Of a DNA stretch of 64,000 nucleotides, positions 1-14,018 are shown piece after piece. Under the pieces are notes generated by a model that did not search any database, was not told where the DNA came from, and saw only the letters and a program-made list of their open reading frames with translations. Origin of the DNA: Octopus vulgaris (lineage: Eukaryota); the NCBI GenBank assembly GCA_951406725.2, contig OX597829.1:3224001-3288000 (forward strand), read 5' to 3'. A program made the translations under genes and the position numbers. Position 1 is the first letter of the stretch, and every line of letters begins with the position of its first letter.

Positions 1-423
1 GTAAGCTATGGACACATAAGAGGTGCAGCAATATCAAAGGAAGGCTAACTGGGAGGATAGTTTTTGTATGTGGCAAATGCACAGGAGCAATAAACACTGA
101 AAATGTGCAGAGAACAGCTTCTATCACATTCCAGGGGGAAAAACTACAAGTATATGATAGCTCCTGTTACCTAGGTGACACATAAAAAGCACCATCCAAT
201 CGTGGTCGATGTCACCTCCTCTGGCCCCTGTGCTGGTGGCACATAAAAAGCACCCAATACACTCTTGGAGTGGTTGGCATTAGGAAGGACATCCAGCTGT
301 AGAAACACTGCCAGATCAGATTGGGGCCTGGTGCAGCCCCCTGGCTTCCCAGACCCCAGTTGAACCATCCAACCGATGCTAGCATGGAAAGCGGATGCTA
401 AACAATGATGATAATGATGATGA
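1..423 (+). mobile_element. RTE LINE fragment (PHD-like finger plus RT ...YLGD) joined to an RTE 3' end with (GAT)n tail
   Basis: Positions 3-179 read [26 protein letters not shown]...GEKLQVYDSSCYLGD, similar to the copy at 31420-31600. Positions 181-423 are the recurrent 3' UTR module. Confidence 0.8.
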
Positions 424-447
424 TATATATATATATATATATATAAA

Positions 448-680
448 GGCGGCAAGCTGGCAGAAACGTTAGCACGCTGGGTGAAATGCGTAGCCGCCTT
501 ATTTCGTCTGCTGTTACGTTCTGAATTTAAATTCCGCCGAGGATGACTTTGCCTTTCATCCTTTCAGGGTCGATAAATAAAGTACCAGTTACGCACTGGG
601 GTCGATGTTATTGACTTAATCCTTTTGTCTGTCCTTGTTTGTCCCCTCTGTGTTTAGCCCCTTGTGGGTAATAAAGAAAT
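448..680 (+). mobile_element. tRNA-derived SINE family A (~230 bp)
   Basis: Head ggcggcaagctggcagaaacg with A/B-box-like motifs, body gcctttcatcctttcggggtcgataaa, tail gtgggtaataaagaaata. Other copies: 2687-2916(-), 8917-9132, 12646-12868, 17074-17304(-), 17990-18287(-), 19023-19253(-), 20153-20567, 26975-27197(-), 30350-30532, plus variants at 14660-14881(-) and 63443-63790(-). Confidence 0.85.
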
Positions 681-707
681 ATATATATATATATATAAAT
701 ATATATA

Positions 708-1200
708 TCTATATATATAAAACTCTAGTTGTGTGAGTGTCTGTCCCCTTCGATTTAGATTCCTAACTACTCCCACATTTTGCGGTGCAGTTTAACCAAA
801 TTCGGGTATCTTATAGTCGTGATTCATATCGAGCCCATCTGACTATTAGCGCGCGTCAACGATGAGTCTACGATTTTAAAAATAATTTAACATCATTTTT
901 TATTCCATTTTAATGCATAAAATGCATTGTGTGTCGATGGCGGCGGAGTTGGCGTCCACGCTCACAGCTGCACCTGTTTGCTTCTCCCCCTTCCCTCCCT
1001 CGTGAAGCTGTGGGGAAGGGAGTGTAAAGAAATCAACGTCGTAATGCGTTGTGAAGGAAACCAGCGTTCTTTTAGAACAACGACTTCATGGCTTGAAGAC
1101 ACCAAAACAAAAATGGCTAAGAAAGCCCGAATTGGCATCTAAAAATGCTTATATAGTTATTTCCCTTACAAACCCGAGCAATGCCGGGCGATACTGCTAG
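708..1200 (+). mobile_element. Non-autonomous Helitron
   Basis: 5' TC (a|tctatatata), 3' CTAG|t at 1197-1200, preceded by the GC hairpin cccgagcaatgccggg; inserted between A and T with no TSD. Confidence 0.8.
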
Positions 1201-1265
<65 letters not shown>

Positions 1266-1587
1266 CACACACATATTTGTATGTATGTTTTATTTTATTG
1301 TTAGCTTTTATGTTGTTTTAATATAACTGCTGCTATACCTGATATGCTTCATTTCCAAATTACATTGCCGGATGGATTAAGTTGCCTGATGGATTAAAAC
1401 TGACAGACTTTTACCACAACTGATTAAGAAGATATTCTACAGCTTTTGTGTCTATGCTTCATCTTTTTTTCCTTAACTCATTTGCTTTCTTTTCACAACA
1501 GTACACTTATTTTATTCTTTTTCTTTTCTACATATTTTTTTTCTATCATATCTTTTGCATTGTTGCTTTCATGTTTTATGATATATA

Positions 1588-1958
1588 CTAGCACTATGAC
1601 CCGGCAATGCCAGGTCATAGTGCTAGTGCATGCATATACAGCTGTGTGCGTGCACACATACATGCGAGTACTGTCCAAATCTCCGACCAATCACATACAG
1701 CTAGTTGGCATTCAATTGACGTATCAAGTTTCAGGCATTTTGATTGGGTTTTGGATAGAAAATTCACAAAAAAGTCACTTCTATTGTTTTTTTTAATGGC
1801 TTTGTTGGGTGACTGGGGAAATGTAAAGATGTGCACGACCACCCTTGGACGGTTTTGAATAACCATAGAAAGTGTGAGCCCTCTAACTGAAAAATTGTGG
1901 ATTTGTATAAAGGACACACACACACACACAGACATTTTGCCGTTTATATATAGAGAGA
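1588..1958 (-). mobile_element. Non-autonomous Helitron (second family)
   Basis: Minus-strand TC start and CTAG end with a long subterminal hairpin (ctagcactatgacc...ggtcatagtgctag); closely similar copy at 38466-38816. Confidence 0.85.
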
Positions 1959-2299
1959 TAACAGTATTTAAAAAATGTAGATCAGTTCCTGTTATTATTA
2001 TTATTATTATTTTCATTATCATCTTTTTCAATTCTGTTTCCATTTCTTGCCAAGTGTCTTCCTGACACCTGAGGTAGAGGAATGCACTGTATACATTGGT
2101 AGGTCATTAAAACAAAGCACACCAAATTGTCCATTTACAAAGTCATGTGATAGTGAAAAAGGGAAAGAAATACAGAGAGAAAATTTTTTTTTTAAAGTAA
2201 ACAAAGAAAATAAAAAATAAAAAAGGAAACAAAGAAAATAAAAGGGAAAATAAAAGGGAAAAGGGGAAAGAAACTTCACAGCAACAATGCTCTTCTCAA

Positions 2300-3905
2300 T
2301 ACATATGATGTACCAGTTAAGACAATCTTTTGCACTTCCAGTATGGGTGGTAAGCCAGAGACCATTCTTAAATAGTTTTCAGTGCTCCTACAATCATTGG
2401 TACTGTAACACTCTTGAGATGCCACATCTTTTCGATTTCAATTAGCAAACCTTTATATTTTCTGAGCTTATCGAATTCTCTTGCTGAGATATTATGGCCA
2501 CAGGGTATGTTCATGTCAATCAATAAACAGACTTTATTGTTTTGGTCTTTCACAACAATATCTGGTTTATTTGCTTTGATGGTCTGGTCTGTACATATTC
2601 CCAAAGAATCGTTACAATTTCTCCTTCAGTTACAGTCTCAGGGTGATGCTTGTACCATTTGTCCACAGTTGTGATTTTATAATACCTATTTCTTTATTAC
2701 CCACAAGGGGCTAAACACAGAGGGGACAAACAAGGACAGACATAGGTATTAAGTCGATTACATCGACCCCAGTGCGTAACTGGTACTTAATTTATCGACC
2801 CCGAAAGGATGAAAGGCAAAGTTGACCTCGGCAGAATTTGAACTCACAACGTAACACAGACGAAATACCACTAAGCATTTCGCCCGGCGTGCTAACGTTT
2901 CTGCCAGCTCGCCGCCTTTTATAATACCAACACGTTACCCAATGTAGATATTGGCCAACTCTGTCATGTCTTGATTTGTCCTCTACAGGTGCTAAAACCT
3001 TACATCCAGAGATTAGGTGGTCCAATGTTTCAATCTCATCGTTTCAGTATAGGCCCTTTAGATCTACACCATTTTTCATCACATTGGCTTGATAGTTCCG
3101 GGTCAACAAGCTCTGATCTTGGGCAGCCAAAATAAAGCCTTCACTCTCTGCCTTTAGCCCTGAGCTCCATAGCCACTGATGGGTATGCTTCTGCTCTACA
3201 TCAGCTTGTTTGCTACGGGGCACCACATATTTGCCATACAGAGGTTTTTATTCCCACCTATCAGCCAATTGCTCAAACATATTTTGCTTTGCTATTGATT
3301 TCACCTTCTTTGTAACCACAGTTGCAGCACTTCCATCATGCTGTTCAACCTGATGCATAAACTCACTTGAAAATATTTTGCTCTCCTTCATAACAGAACT
3401 AGCAGAATTCCAATTGAAGAAATTCTATATTGTAGAATTGTATTAAAAAGGAACATGGGAACAGGCAGAGAAAATCTGCCTTTTATCATAACAGAATGTA
3501 GCTTCTTCAATGAGCTTTAGCATCCAGTCGTTAGATGTTTCAAGATATTTTGTCAGTCCAGTTGTAGTGGTTTTGTAAGAGATTTCATATTAGATCAAGC
3601 CTCAACCTCTTTGAGCTCTGGGTAGGTAAAGATGATCTGCATCTGCCTTTGGGGGTTGCATCTTATTGCAAGTCAACAGCTTATAGATTTCCCTGTCAAT
3701 TCCAGTTCAACACATTGAAACTGTAAATAACAGCCAGAACTGCTAAGGAATTTATAGCTAACACCTTGTTACATGCATTTAACTTAAATTTTAGGACTGT
3801 TCGAATTCTCCTGTAACACTCCTTCCTGATCTTCTCTTTCATACTTGCATGCTGAATGCCAGAGCCCTCATTTATTCCGAGGTATTTGTAAGTTTGTTCC
3901 TGCAT
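2300..3905 (-). mobile_element. R4/Dong-clade non-LTR retrotransposon 3' fragment (degraded), split by a SINE at 2687-2916
   Basis: YKYLGI...KEKIRKECYRRIR (late RT), LKAESEGFILAAQDQSL, DHLISGC...RHDRV (zinc knuckle/RHD) and NKPDIVV..LID (restriction-like endonuclease PD..D). Confidence 0.85.
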
Positions 3906-4235
3906 ACTGGTGTCAATCTGGCCCCCTCCCCAAAAATTTTGGGCCTTGTGCCTAGAGTAGAAAAAATTATTATTACTATTATTATTACTATTGTTGTTGT
4001 TGTTGTTGTTAGCATTATTCCACCGAGATTGACTTTGCCTTACATCCTTACAGGGTCAATCAAATAAATACCAGTTGAGCACTCGCGTTGATGTAACTGA
4101 CTTACCCTCTCCTCAAAATTGCTGGTCCTGGCCTTGTGCCAAAATTTGAAGCCATTATAGTAGTGGTGGTGGTGGTGGTGGTGGTGGTGGTGGTAGTAGT
4201 AGTACTTATCATTATTTTAAACTATCTCTTGTTTG

Positions 4236-4410
4236 TTGTTGTATTTAGGAATGGTCATATTGCCAGTTTAGCCAATAAAAACACATGCACTATATATTTG
4301 GTGTTAATTTGCTTCAGCGTTATTTACTTTTTACATTAATCTTAATCTTATTTCGGCCAGAGTGTGTTTCATTGGCTAAACTGGCAAATGACCATTCCTA
4401 AATACAACAA
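4236..4410. repeat. Fold-back element with ~50-bp inverted arms
   Basis: ttgttgtatttaggaatggtcatattgccagtttagccaat... is mirrored by ...attggctaaactggcaaatgaccattcctaaatacaacaa. Confidence 0.85.
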
Positions 4411-5356
4411 TATCTGTTTCAACATACGATTTCACATCAAGAATCTTGGCGTTAGGAAGGGCATCCAGCCGTAGAAACACTGCCAGATCTGACTGGGCCT
4501 GATGAAGCCTTCCAGCTTCACAGACCCCAGTTGACCTGTCCAACCCATGCTAGCATGGAAAGCGGACACTAAATGATGATGATGATGATGATCTCTTTTT
4601 TTCTTCTCAAAGCACTAAGTCCAAAACATGGTCCTGAAATTATTTAAAGTAGATGTTGTTACTTTGTCCCCCACCCTACCCCCGTTGTATATGTGTTGTT
4701 CCTAGGAGGTGGTCGGGTTTCTTATTTTTGTAGTTTTTGTGGAGTGATTTTTTTCCTGAGATTTTGTTGGTTAATTTTTGCTCTCAATCCCTTTCTCATT
4801 AACCTATGTCATCCAATAACCACTGGCATGGTTTAGGTGGTCATGCGCCACATTGCGAAGATCTCAGTCCCAAAGTTATTATATTTTGCAGGTTTATCTG
4901 TGAACTTAACGGACATGTTACAGTTTGTTGGTTTTGTCATATTAATCAATGGAGAGGTTTTTATTTTTACTGCTTTAATTATCATGTCTGGCTTATTTTC
5001 ATTGATCTCTCACATGAAATGAAAAATAAGGCTGGAGAAGAAATGCTTGTCGGAAGGTGTGTTTCGTAAAAGATGGAAGTCTATAGCAAGTATGTTGCGA
5101 GTGAAAGAACCTGTTTAAACGAGAATATAAAAAAGGAGAAAGCAAAGTCTTCAGTGTGAGTCTGTGGTTTGTGGGGTCGACCGCGTCCTCCGCTGCATTT
5201 TATGTAAATCACTCATTCTCATTTAATTGTATGTATTTTAATTGTTTGTTTATTCATACGTTTCGACTCATTCGATACCCTGACCCCCAATGTTTGTTTT
5301 GTCTGTCCTCGTATCATCCCCTCTTTTTCTCAACCTTATGGAGAATAAAGAAATTC

Positions 5357-5392
<36 letters not shown>

Positions 5393-5589
5393 CCTCTCTC
5401 TCCCTCTCTCTCCCTCTCTCTCCCCTCTCTCTCTCTGCCCTAGCATGTCCTATAAAACAGCAATATCACCATTCTTAATTACTGCTTCTGGTTCGTGGCC
5501 ATACCAGTTTTCAGAGACTTTAAGGTTGTATTTCCTTCAAATTCTACCAGTGTGGGTATACTGATATTTTGCAACAGTGGACATATTGT

Positions 5590-5968
5590 TTTACTCTTTT
5601 ACTCTTTTACTCTTTTACTTGTTTCAGCCATTTGACTGCGGCCATGCTGGAGCACCACCTTTTAGTACTTATTCTATCGGTCTCTTTTTGCCGAACCGCT
5701 AAGTGACGGGGACCTAAACACACCAGCATCGGTTGTCAAGCAATGCTAGGGGGACAAACACAGACACACAAACACACACACATACACATATATATACATA
5801 TATACGACAGGCTTCTTTCAGTTTCCGTCTACCAAATCCACTCACAAGGCATTGGTCGGCCCGGGGCTATAGCAGAAGACACTTGCCCAAGATGCCACGC
5901 AGTGGGACTGAACCCGCAACTGTGTGGTTGGTTAGCAAGCTACTTACCACACAGCCACTCCTGCGCCT
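5590..5968 (-). mobile_element. SINE family C (tRNA head, CORE-like cttgggcaagtg body, (AGTAAAAG)n tail)
   Basis: Reverse complement of the copy at 23963-24368. Partial copies at 12950-13190, 22030-22270, 32590-32745, 35500-35860, 51000-51303, 60250-60390, 60800-61030 and 62300-62470. Confidence 0.85.
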
Positions 5969-6410
5969 ATTTTGTTTTTTTTCTTTTCTTTTCTTTTCCT
6001 TCAATACTGGTCAGCTGAATATAATTCGGTCAGTGCTTTCTTCAAAGGTTTCATATATACTATACATTTTGTCCATGCTATTTTTGACGTTCTTCAATGA
6101 TTTTCACCAAGAACAGTGATGGAAAAAAAAAACGTATTTTTAACTGTGAACCATTTATGCTAGATTGTTACTCAACTTCTACCTTTTTTTTTAATAATTC
6201 TTCTCATATGTCAGTGGTCAGGTCTTTTGGGCATTCATTTAAATTGTCTGGCTAAAGGTACTGTTGCCTCATTTTATTTGGTTTTTAAGTCAGAAACATT
6301 CAGTTCTTGTGAGAATTTCAATAATTCTTTCATGATTGAATATATCTTCTCCTAGCTATTATGGTTGTGACACTCACTAACAACTATCACTTGATGTTGA
6401 AGCATGGAGA

Positions 6411-6444
<34 letters not shown>

Positions 6445-6666
6445 GTTTAACGTCCGTTTTCTGCGCTAGCACGGGTCGGACGGTTCGACCGGGGTCTGGG
6501 AAGCCAGGGGCTGCACCAGGCTCCAGTCTGATCTGGTAGAGTTTCTACAGCTGGATGCCCTTCCTAATGCCAACCATTCCATGAGTGTAGTGGGTGCTTT
6601 TTACGTGCCACCTGCACAGGTGCCAGGGGGGTCCGGCATCGGCCACGATCGGTTGGAGCTTTTATA

Positions 6667-6710
<44 letters not shown>

Positions 6711-6717
<7 letters not shown>

Positions 6718-6880
6718 GTAATCGTGAATTGAAATATGTACCAGTGCAAAGACACAATCTCACAACTAGAACGTTTAAATAAAGAAACGTTTTTCATTGA
6801 AAAATACAGAACACGTCTTAATATGCACGCATAACCAACTTTTATCTTTTTACATATTTCAATTCACGATTACATCACTG
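6711..6880. mobile_element. Tc1/mariner-type MITE, 170 bp
   Basis: Perfect 29-bp TIRs agtgatgtaatcgtgaattgaaatatgta (6712-6740 / 6851-6879). The right end is ...cactg|ta and the left end sits in a TA run (TA TSD). Confidence 0.85.
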
Positions 6881-7631
6881 TACATAAATCTCCTCACTGA
6901 ACAAGGTTTTTGAAACTTGTCTTTGTACACATATATATTCCCCTCCCATTACCGAAAGCTGGACAGTTATCTCACTTACACACAACAATAACAATAATAA
7001 CAATAACCAATTACCTCCCTTTTATTTATCTACTTGTGAAGTCATTCACTCATTGATTTCATCACACACAACATGGACAAAATTTCTTCTTAAGAAAAAA
7101 TACATATTCAAACAAGTAAAACATAATATCATGAATAGCGATAGTGAAACCGGTCGATATATTAAAAATTATATTAAAACTATGTAAGTGTGGGTTTTTC
7201 CTTTTTTAATTTCTTATATACATTACAACTCACCACATGGGGATAATCGAAATTCCACTTTTCTGTTACTACTATAGATATGTATACTATAGATATACTA
7301 TAGATATGTATATGCAATTCCAAACTTACAGCAAAAATTCAATTTAGCAATTTTAAATCAAATTTCACAATACATAATATATGTATATAATTTAGAGAAA
7401 AACCTCTATTAAATAATTCAATGATGAAAGATGTTATTCACACCATATTGAAAACATACTATAAAAACCTTATTCTAAAAATCAATAATGTACAAAAACA
7501 ATAAATAGTAAATAGTAGTAAAAAGACTACGTGTGTTTTGTGGCTATATTTTCAAATAGATAATAATAATAAAATCAATTCGATTTAAAATTAAATCGAT
7601 CTAAAATTAATTCTATTTAAAAATATTGTCA

Positions 7632-7975
<344 letters not shown>

Positions 7976-10092
7976 TGAGGTGAGTAGATAGGCGTGAATC
8001 CTTAAGGCTGAATACAAAGAGGAACTGAAGGGCATGCATGTGAAAATACTAAAAATATCTCATGCAAATGAAAGGGTTGTTATGCCAGGGGATGAGTATT
8101 AGGTATATTTGCATGTATGAATGATTAGGTGTGAGTATGTATATGAACCAGCTGTAGAGCTAGTATACACATAGAGTATCTCATATTATACATATGTAAG
8201 AATATGTGACCATGTAAATAAATATGATTAATTGTTTTATTGGACAAACTTATTCAAATTGTTGTGTTTGGTATAAAAACTAGACTTCTGATATGTAGAC
8301 AACTTGTCTGCTACTAAAGTGACTTAGACTTTCTGTAGCAACCTCAAAATACAAATTGTCAACACTTCTACAAACAAATTTGTTTATGGAAGTTGATTCT
8401 GCTTGTGTTAATGAGTCGCATTTTCAATGAGATACAAAACTTATTATCTTCTCAAATTCTTTAAGTTCTCCTTTCATCTATTTTATTCTCTTTTTTCCCC
8501 CATATTTGCTTTTATAATTACCTATATATGGTAATTATATATATGGTAATTACATATGTGGTATATATGGTTTTTGATGAGATTAAAAAGTCAATCATTC
8601 AGGCATTTTGCAGCATCCTAATGAATTGATTTCAACATGAGCTGTCATGGAAATATTGCACAGTTCCCAAGACCAACCAGTTTAGATCCTGTCTTCAGAA
8701 GCTGGAATCCTACAATGTGCAGTGGCATCAGTGCAGTGGTCAATCAAAGCAGACATCTCTCAGATCTGAAACTTGTGCTCAGTTCATCAAGGACGGTCCC
8801 TTTTCTTCTCTTCTTCCCTGTCTGTTTCAGCAGTGGAGTTTTATTATAGAAATTATAGGATTTAAGAAGTATATTTGGATACTGTCACAGTCATGGTATT
8901 GAGCACATGGTATTAAGGCAGCGAGATGGTAGAATCGTTAGCACGTCGGGCAAAATGCTTAGCGGTATTTCGTCTGCCGTCACATTCTGAGTTCAAATTC
9001 CACCGAGGTCGACTTTGCCTTTCATCCTTTCGGGGTCAATAAATTAAGTACCAGTTACGCACTGGGTTGATATAATCGACTTAATCCATTTATCCTCTCT
9101 ATGTTTAGCCCCTTGTGGGTAGTAAAGAAATAGGTATTGAGCACACTGGAAATCAAAGTAGTCAACACTAGACTAAAAGTGTACCAGGAGTTTACAAGGG
9201 CACACATGAAGCAGGATAAGTTAGATGACATGCCACTCGGTACCTGGAGAGACAAGTTCAAACTAAGCAGTGGTAATCTTTATTACTAGAGTAAGATCTC
9301 AGTTAAGGTGCTCAGTATTTGATTCAAATGAACCTCCCAGAGAGAAAAAAGAACTGGGAAAAGGGGCCACAAGGATGATAGCCAACCTTTGACACAGATT
9401 GAGAAGAAATTGTCCCTAAATGGCTAAGCAAGATGGGTAGCACCAACAACTTTTTCTCTGTGGTCTACTACCATCTGACTATTATACTTTGGTCCAAGAA
9501 ACACTGACCAAACTGGAGCACATATCCTCTTGGAAGGAACAGGCTCCCAATCATCATCATCATCATCATCGTTTAACGTCCACTTTCGATGCTGGCATGG
9601 GTTGGACGATTTTGACTGAAGGCTGGCAAACCAGACAGCCGCACCAGGCTCAAATTTTGATCTGGCAGAGTTTCTACAGCTGGATGCCCTTCCTAATGCC
9701 AACCACTCTGAGAGTGTAGTGGATGCTTTTATGTGCCACCGACACGGAGCCAGTCAGGCAGTACTGGCAATGACCTCGCTCAGGTGATTTAATGTTTTTG
9801 TCAATATTGCCTTTTTTTCATCCAATGTAAGCTTCTAATGTTATTGCTGTTCATCTTGTTGTATTGTATCCACATCTTTAACCCTTGAGGCAAATGAAAG
9901 AAATCACACAACTCTTCAGAATTTTAAACTACACCAAATTCTCGTCTCCTACAGAACTATTTGTCAATAATATATCAATAGTTTGGTGATAGGTTATTAG
10001 TGCAATACTGAGCTTTATTGATTTCATGTAACTACAATGTGTCCTCACTATGAATTGTGTGTGCGTGTGTATGTGTGAGGGAGAGAGAGAGA

Positions 10093-10123
<31 letters not shown>

Positions 10124-10212
10124 CACGTGTGTGTATAAACTCACACAATTCATAGTGAGAATGCATTGAAGTTATATGAAATCAATAAAGCTCAGTAATA
10201 TACTAATAACTA

Positions 10213-10213
<1 letters not shown>

Positions 10214-10298
<85 letters not shown>

Positions 10299-10402
10299 AT
10301 ATAAATATATATATATATGTATGTGTATATATATATATATATGAATATATATATATAAATATATACATATATATATATATACATATATATACATATATAT
10401 AC

Positions 10403-10450
<48 letters not shown>

Positions 10451-10455
10451 GTATA

Positions 10456-10529
<74 letters not shown>

Positions 10530-10850
10530 AACACATACATGAATGCAGACATATATATATATTTATGTATGTATGCATATATACATGTATATGTATATAT
10601 GTGTATGTATGTGTGCGTTGTGTGTGTATATATATATGTAGTGTGTGTGTGTGTGTGTATATATACGCACACACAACATACACATACATATATTTGTGTG
10701 TGCATGCGTGTGTGTATATATATATATATACATAAATACATCTATATAAATACATACACATACATAACAATGAGTATATGTGTGTATTACAAACATGTTG
10801 TTGAATGTATGTGTGTCCGTGTGTGTGTGTCCATGTGTGTGTGTGTGTGC
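10214..10850. repeat. (TA)n/(TG)n compound microsatellite
   Basis: Direct reading. Confidence 0.95.
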
Positions 10851-11078
10851 ACATTTACTTGTAAACATAAAAACGGTGTTTTGAATTCATTTTCGGTACC
10901 TGTGACGTCATCTTCATTCCAAGAAAAAGTAATATTTTAGCAATGAATGTAGAAATTCACCAAAAATTATTGATTGATCTAATTCTCTCACACAAGCTTT
11001 CATCACATTTTTACTAAGGTTAACGTAACTGTTCTCATTGATCTGTCACCAGAAATCCGTTCCAGGTGAGAAAACGGT

Positions 11079-11335
11079 GAAGGAGGGGGAAGGAGGAGGA
11101 GGAGAAGAAGAAGAAGAAGAAGAAGAAGAAGAAGAAGAAGAAGAAGAAGAAGAAGAAGAAGAAGAAGAAGAAGAAGAAGAAGAAGAAGAAGAATTGGAAG
11201 AAGAAGAAGAAGAAGAAGAAGAAGAAGAAGAAGGAGGAGGAGGAGGAGGAGGAGGAGGAGGAGGAGGAGGAGGAGGAGGAGAAGAGGGGGAGGAGGAAGA
11301 TGGGGAGGTAGGGAAGAGAGAAGAGAGGAGGGGAA
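11079..11335. repeat. (GAA)n/(GGA)n polypurine tract
   Basis: Direct reading. Confidence 0.95.
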
Positions 11336-11926
11336 AATGATGAAATGAAATGAGAATATTCTGGAAAGACAAGAAAAAAAACTGAAGCAGAAATGATATG
11401 AGTGAGTACAAGAGGTAAAAGAATGGAATGGTGGTTCCAATTCCACTCTGAAATTAAATCTCTTTTTGACAACATTCTTGTTTCCTTCACACTCACACCC
11501 ACCCCTCAAAACATACTTGTCAAACTAACTAGAGATAGGCAACACTATATGGTTACTTAGCCTGCTAGAAATACCAGCTAAATTTACCTCATAACACACT
11601 TTACTGTCTTTAGCAAAAATAAGGAAGGTCAAATTAGATAACAGAGATCCTAGAAAATCTCTAAAAGATAGGTGGTTACTATCAGGTGTGACCAGGGGAC
11701 AAATTACAATGACAGTTTGTGTGTGTATTTCTACACACACACACACAAAGTTAATATAAACAGCAGATTGCAATGTTTCACCAAAAAGAATTATAATTGT
11801 CACTAAATGTTAAAAAAAAACACCTACATTGCTAGAAATAAGAGCTAAAACGCTCTAAAGCTGTTGTTAACGCACATGAATGAAAACTATGCACTAACAG
11901 AGACCATAATTGTCCCAAAAATGCCA

Positions 11927-11983
<57 letters not shown>

Positions 11984-12180
11984 TCATGGCCCCCGTGCCA
12001 GTGGCACATAAAAGCACCCACTACACTCTCGGAGTGGTTGGCATTAGGAAGGGCATCCAGCTGAAGAAACTGTGCCAGATCAGATTGGAACCTGGTGCAG
12101 CCATCTGGCTTGCCAGTCCTCAGTCAAATCCTCCAACCCATGCTAGCATGGAAAGTGGACGTTAAACGATTATGATGATG

Positions 12181-12223
<43 letters not shown>

Positions 12224-13253
12224 TATATACACATATATATATATACATATATATACACATATATGTGCACATATATATATATACACATATACACACACAT
12301 ATATATATACACATATATACACACATATATAAATACATATAGCAACACACACACGCATGCACACATGTACATACTTGTGTGTGTGTATGTGTGTGTGTGC
12401 GTGCATGTGTGTGTGTGTGAAGGTGCATGGATTTGTGATTAGGGTATTCAGATCATGATGATAATGTCGTGAGTTCAATTCCCAGTGATGTGTAGTGTCC
12501 TTGAGCAAGACACTTTATTTTACCTTATTCCAGTCCACTCAGCTGGCAAAAATCAGTTGTACCAGTAATTCAAAGGTGTTAGCCTTGTCACTTTCTGTGT
12601 CATGCTGAATTTCCCTGAGAATTATGTTAAGGGTATACATGTCTGCGGTCAGCTGGCAGAAACGTCAGCACGCCAGACGAAATGCTTTGCAATATTTTGT
12701 CTGCCACTACGTTCTGAGTTCAAAGGTCGACTTTGCCTTCCATCCTTTCGGGGTCAATTAAATAAGTACCAGTTACGCACTGGGGTCGCTATAATCGACT
12801 TAATCCATTTGTCTGTCCTTGTTTGTCCCCTCTGTGTGTAGCAGCCCCTTGTGGGTAGTAAAGAAATAGGTATACATGTCTGAGGAGTGCTCAGCCACTC
12901 TCACATCAATTTCGTGCTTGATTGAATCCACTGAAATGTTTTTCATCATAACCGATGGAGAGCCGGGCCATATATATGTGTATATGTTGTGCGTGTGTGT
13001 GTGTGTGTCTCTTTATGTGTGTGTACCTTTGTGTATGTGTGTGTCTGTGTTTGTCCCCCCACCACTGCTTGACAACCAGTGTTGAAATGTTTACATCTCC
13101 ATAACTTAGCAGTTCAGCAAAAGGAGACACTGATAGAATAAGTACCAGACTTTAGAAAAAATCAATACTGAGGTTGATTCATTTGACTAACAGATACAAC
13201 ATATATATATATGCACACACATACACACACATACACGCACACACACATGCACA

Positions 13254-13285
<32 letters not shown>

Positions 13286-13684
13286 TGCACATATATATAT
13301 ATATACACACATGAAAAATACCAGTTTACTCTGTAAAGTGGTTGGCATTAGGAAGGGGATCCTGCAGTAAAAACTGTGCTGAATCAGACAATAGAACCTA
13401 GCACAGCACCTATCGCACTGTCCAACCCATGCCAACATGGGAAACATTAAATGATGATGATCATCATCATGACCTATGACATCATGTGTTAATTGTAAAT
13501 AAAGTGTTACTCTCATATGAACAGCGTTCAAACATTTCTAATATTTTATGTAAGACATATATGTTCATTGATACGATGGAAGAAATATTACCTGGTTTCA
13601 AAAGAGGAGGAGGGTTGGCAACGGGAAGGACATCCATCTGTAGAAAAAAAAGTCTGCAACCATGGAAAAGTAGGCACTAAAACA

Positions 13685-13735
<51 letters not shown>

Positions 13736-13817
13736 GTGGTGGCGGCGGTGGTGGTGGTGGTGGTGGTGATGCTGATGATGATGAAGATGAAGATGATGAT
13801 GGTGATGGTGATGATGA

Positions 13818-13851
<34 letters not shown>

Positions 13852-14018
13852 GGTGGTGGTGATGGTGGTGGTGATGCTGATGATGATGAAGATGAAGATG
13901 ATGATGATGGTGATGGTGGTGGTGATGCTGATGATGATGAAGATGAAGATGATGATGATGATACTGGCAGTGGCAGCAGTGGTGGTGGCGGAGGTGGTGC
14001 TGGTGCTGGTGGTGGTGG
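13685..14018. repeat. (GAT)n/(GGT)n compound trinucleotide repeat with a higher-order unit
   Basis: The block gtgatgctgatgatgatgaagatgaagatgatgat occurs three times. Confidence 0.9.

Noticed and set aside
8560-9530. Possible degraded LTR-retrotransposon pol fragments
   Set aside because: Only vague resemblance (e.g. NPTMCSGISAVV); no diagnostic motif or LTR that I can verify.
10903-10910. Perfect CRE site TGACGTCA in unique DNA
   Set aside because: A single 8-mer is expected by chance in 64 kb, and no linked TSS or exon was found.
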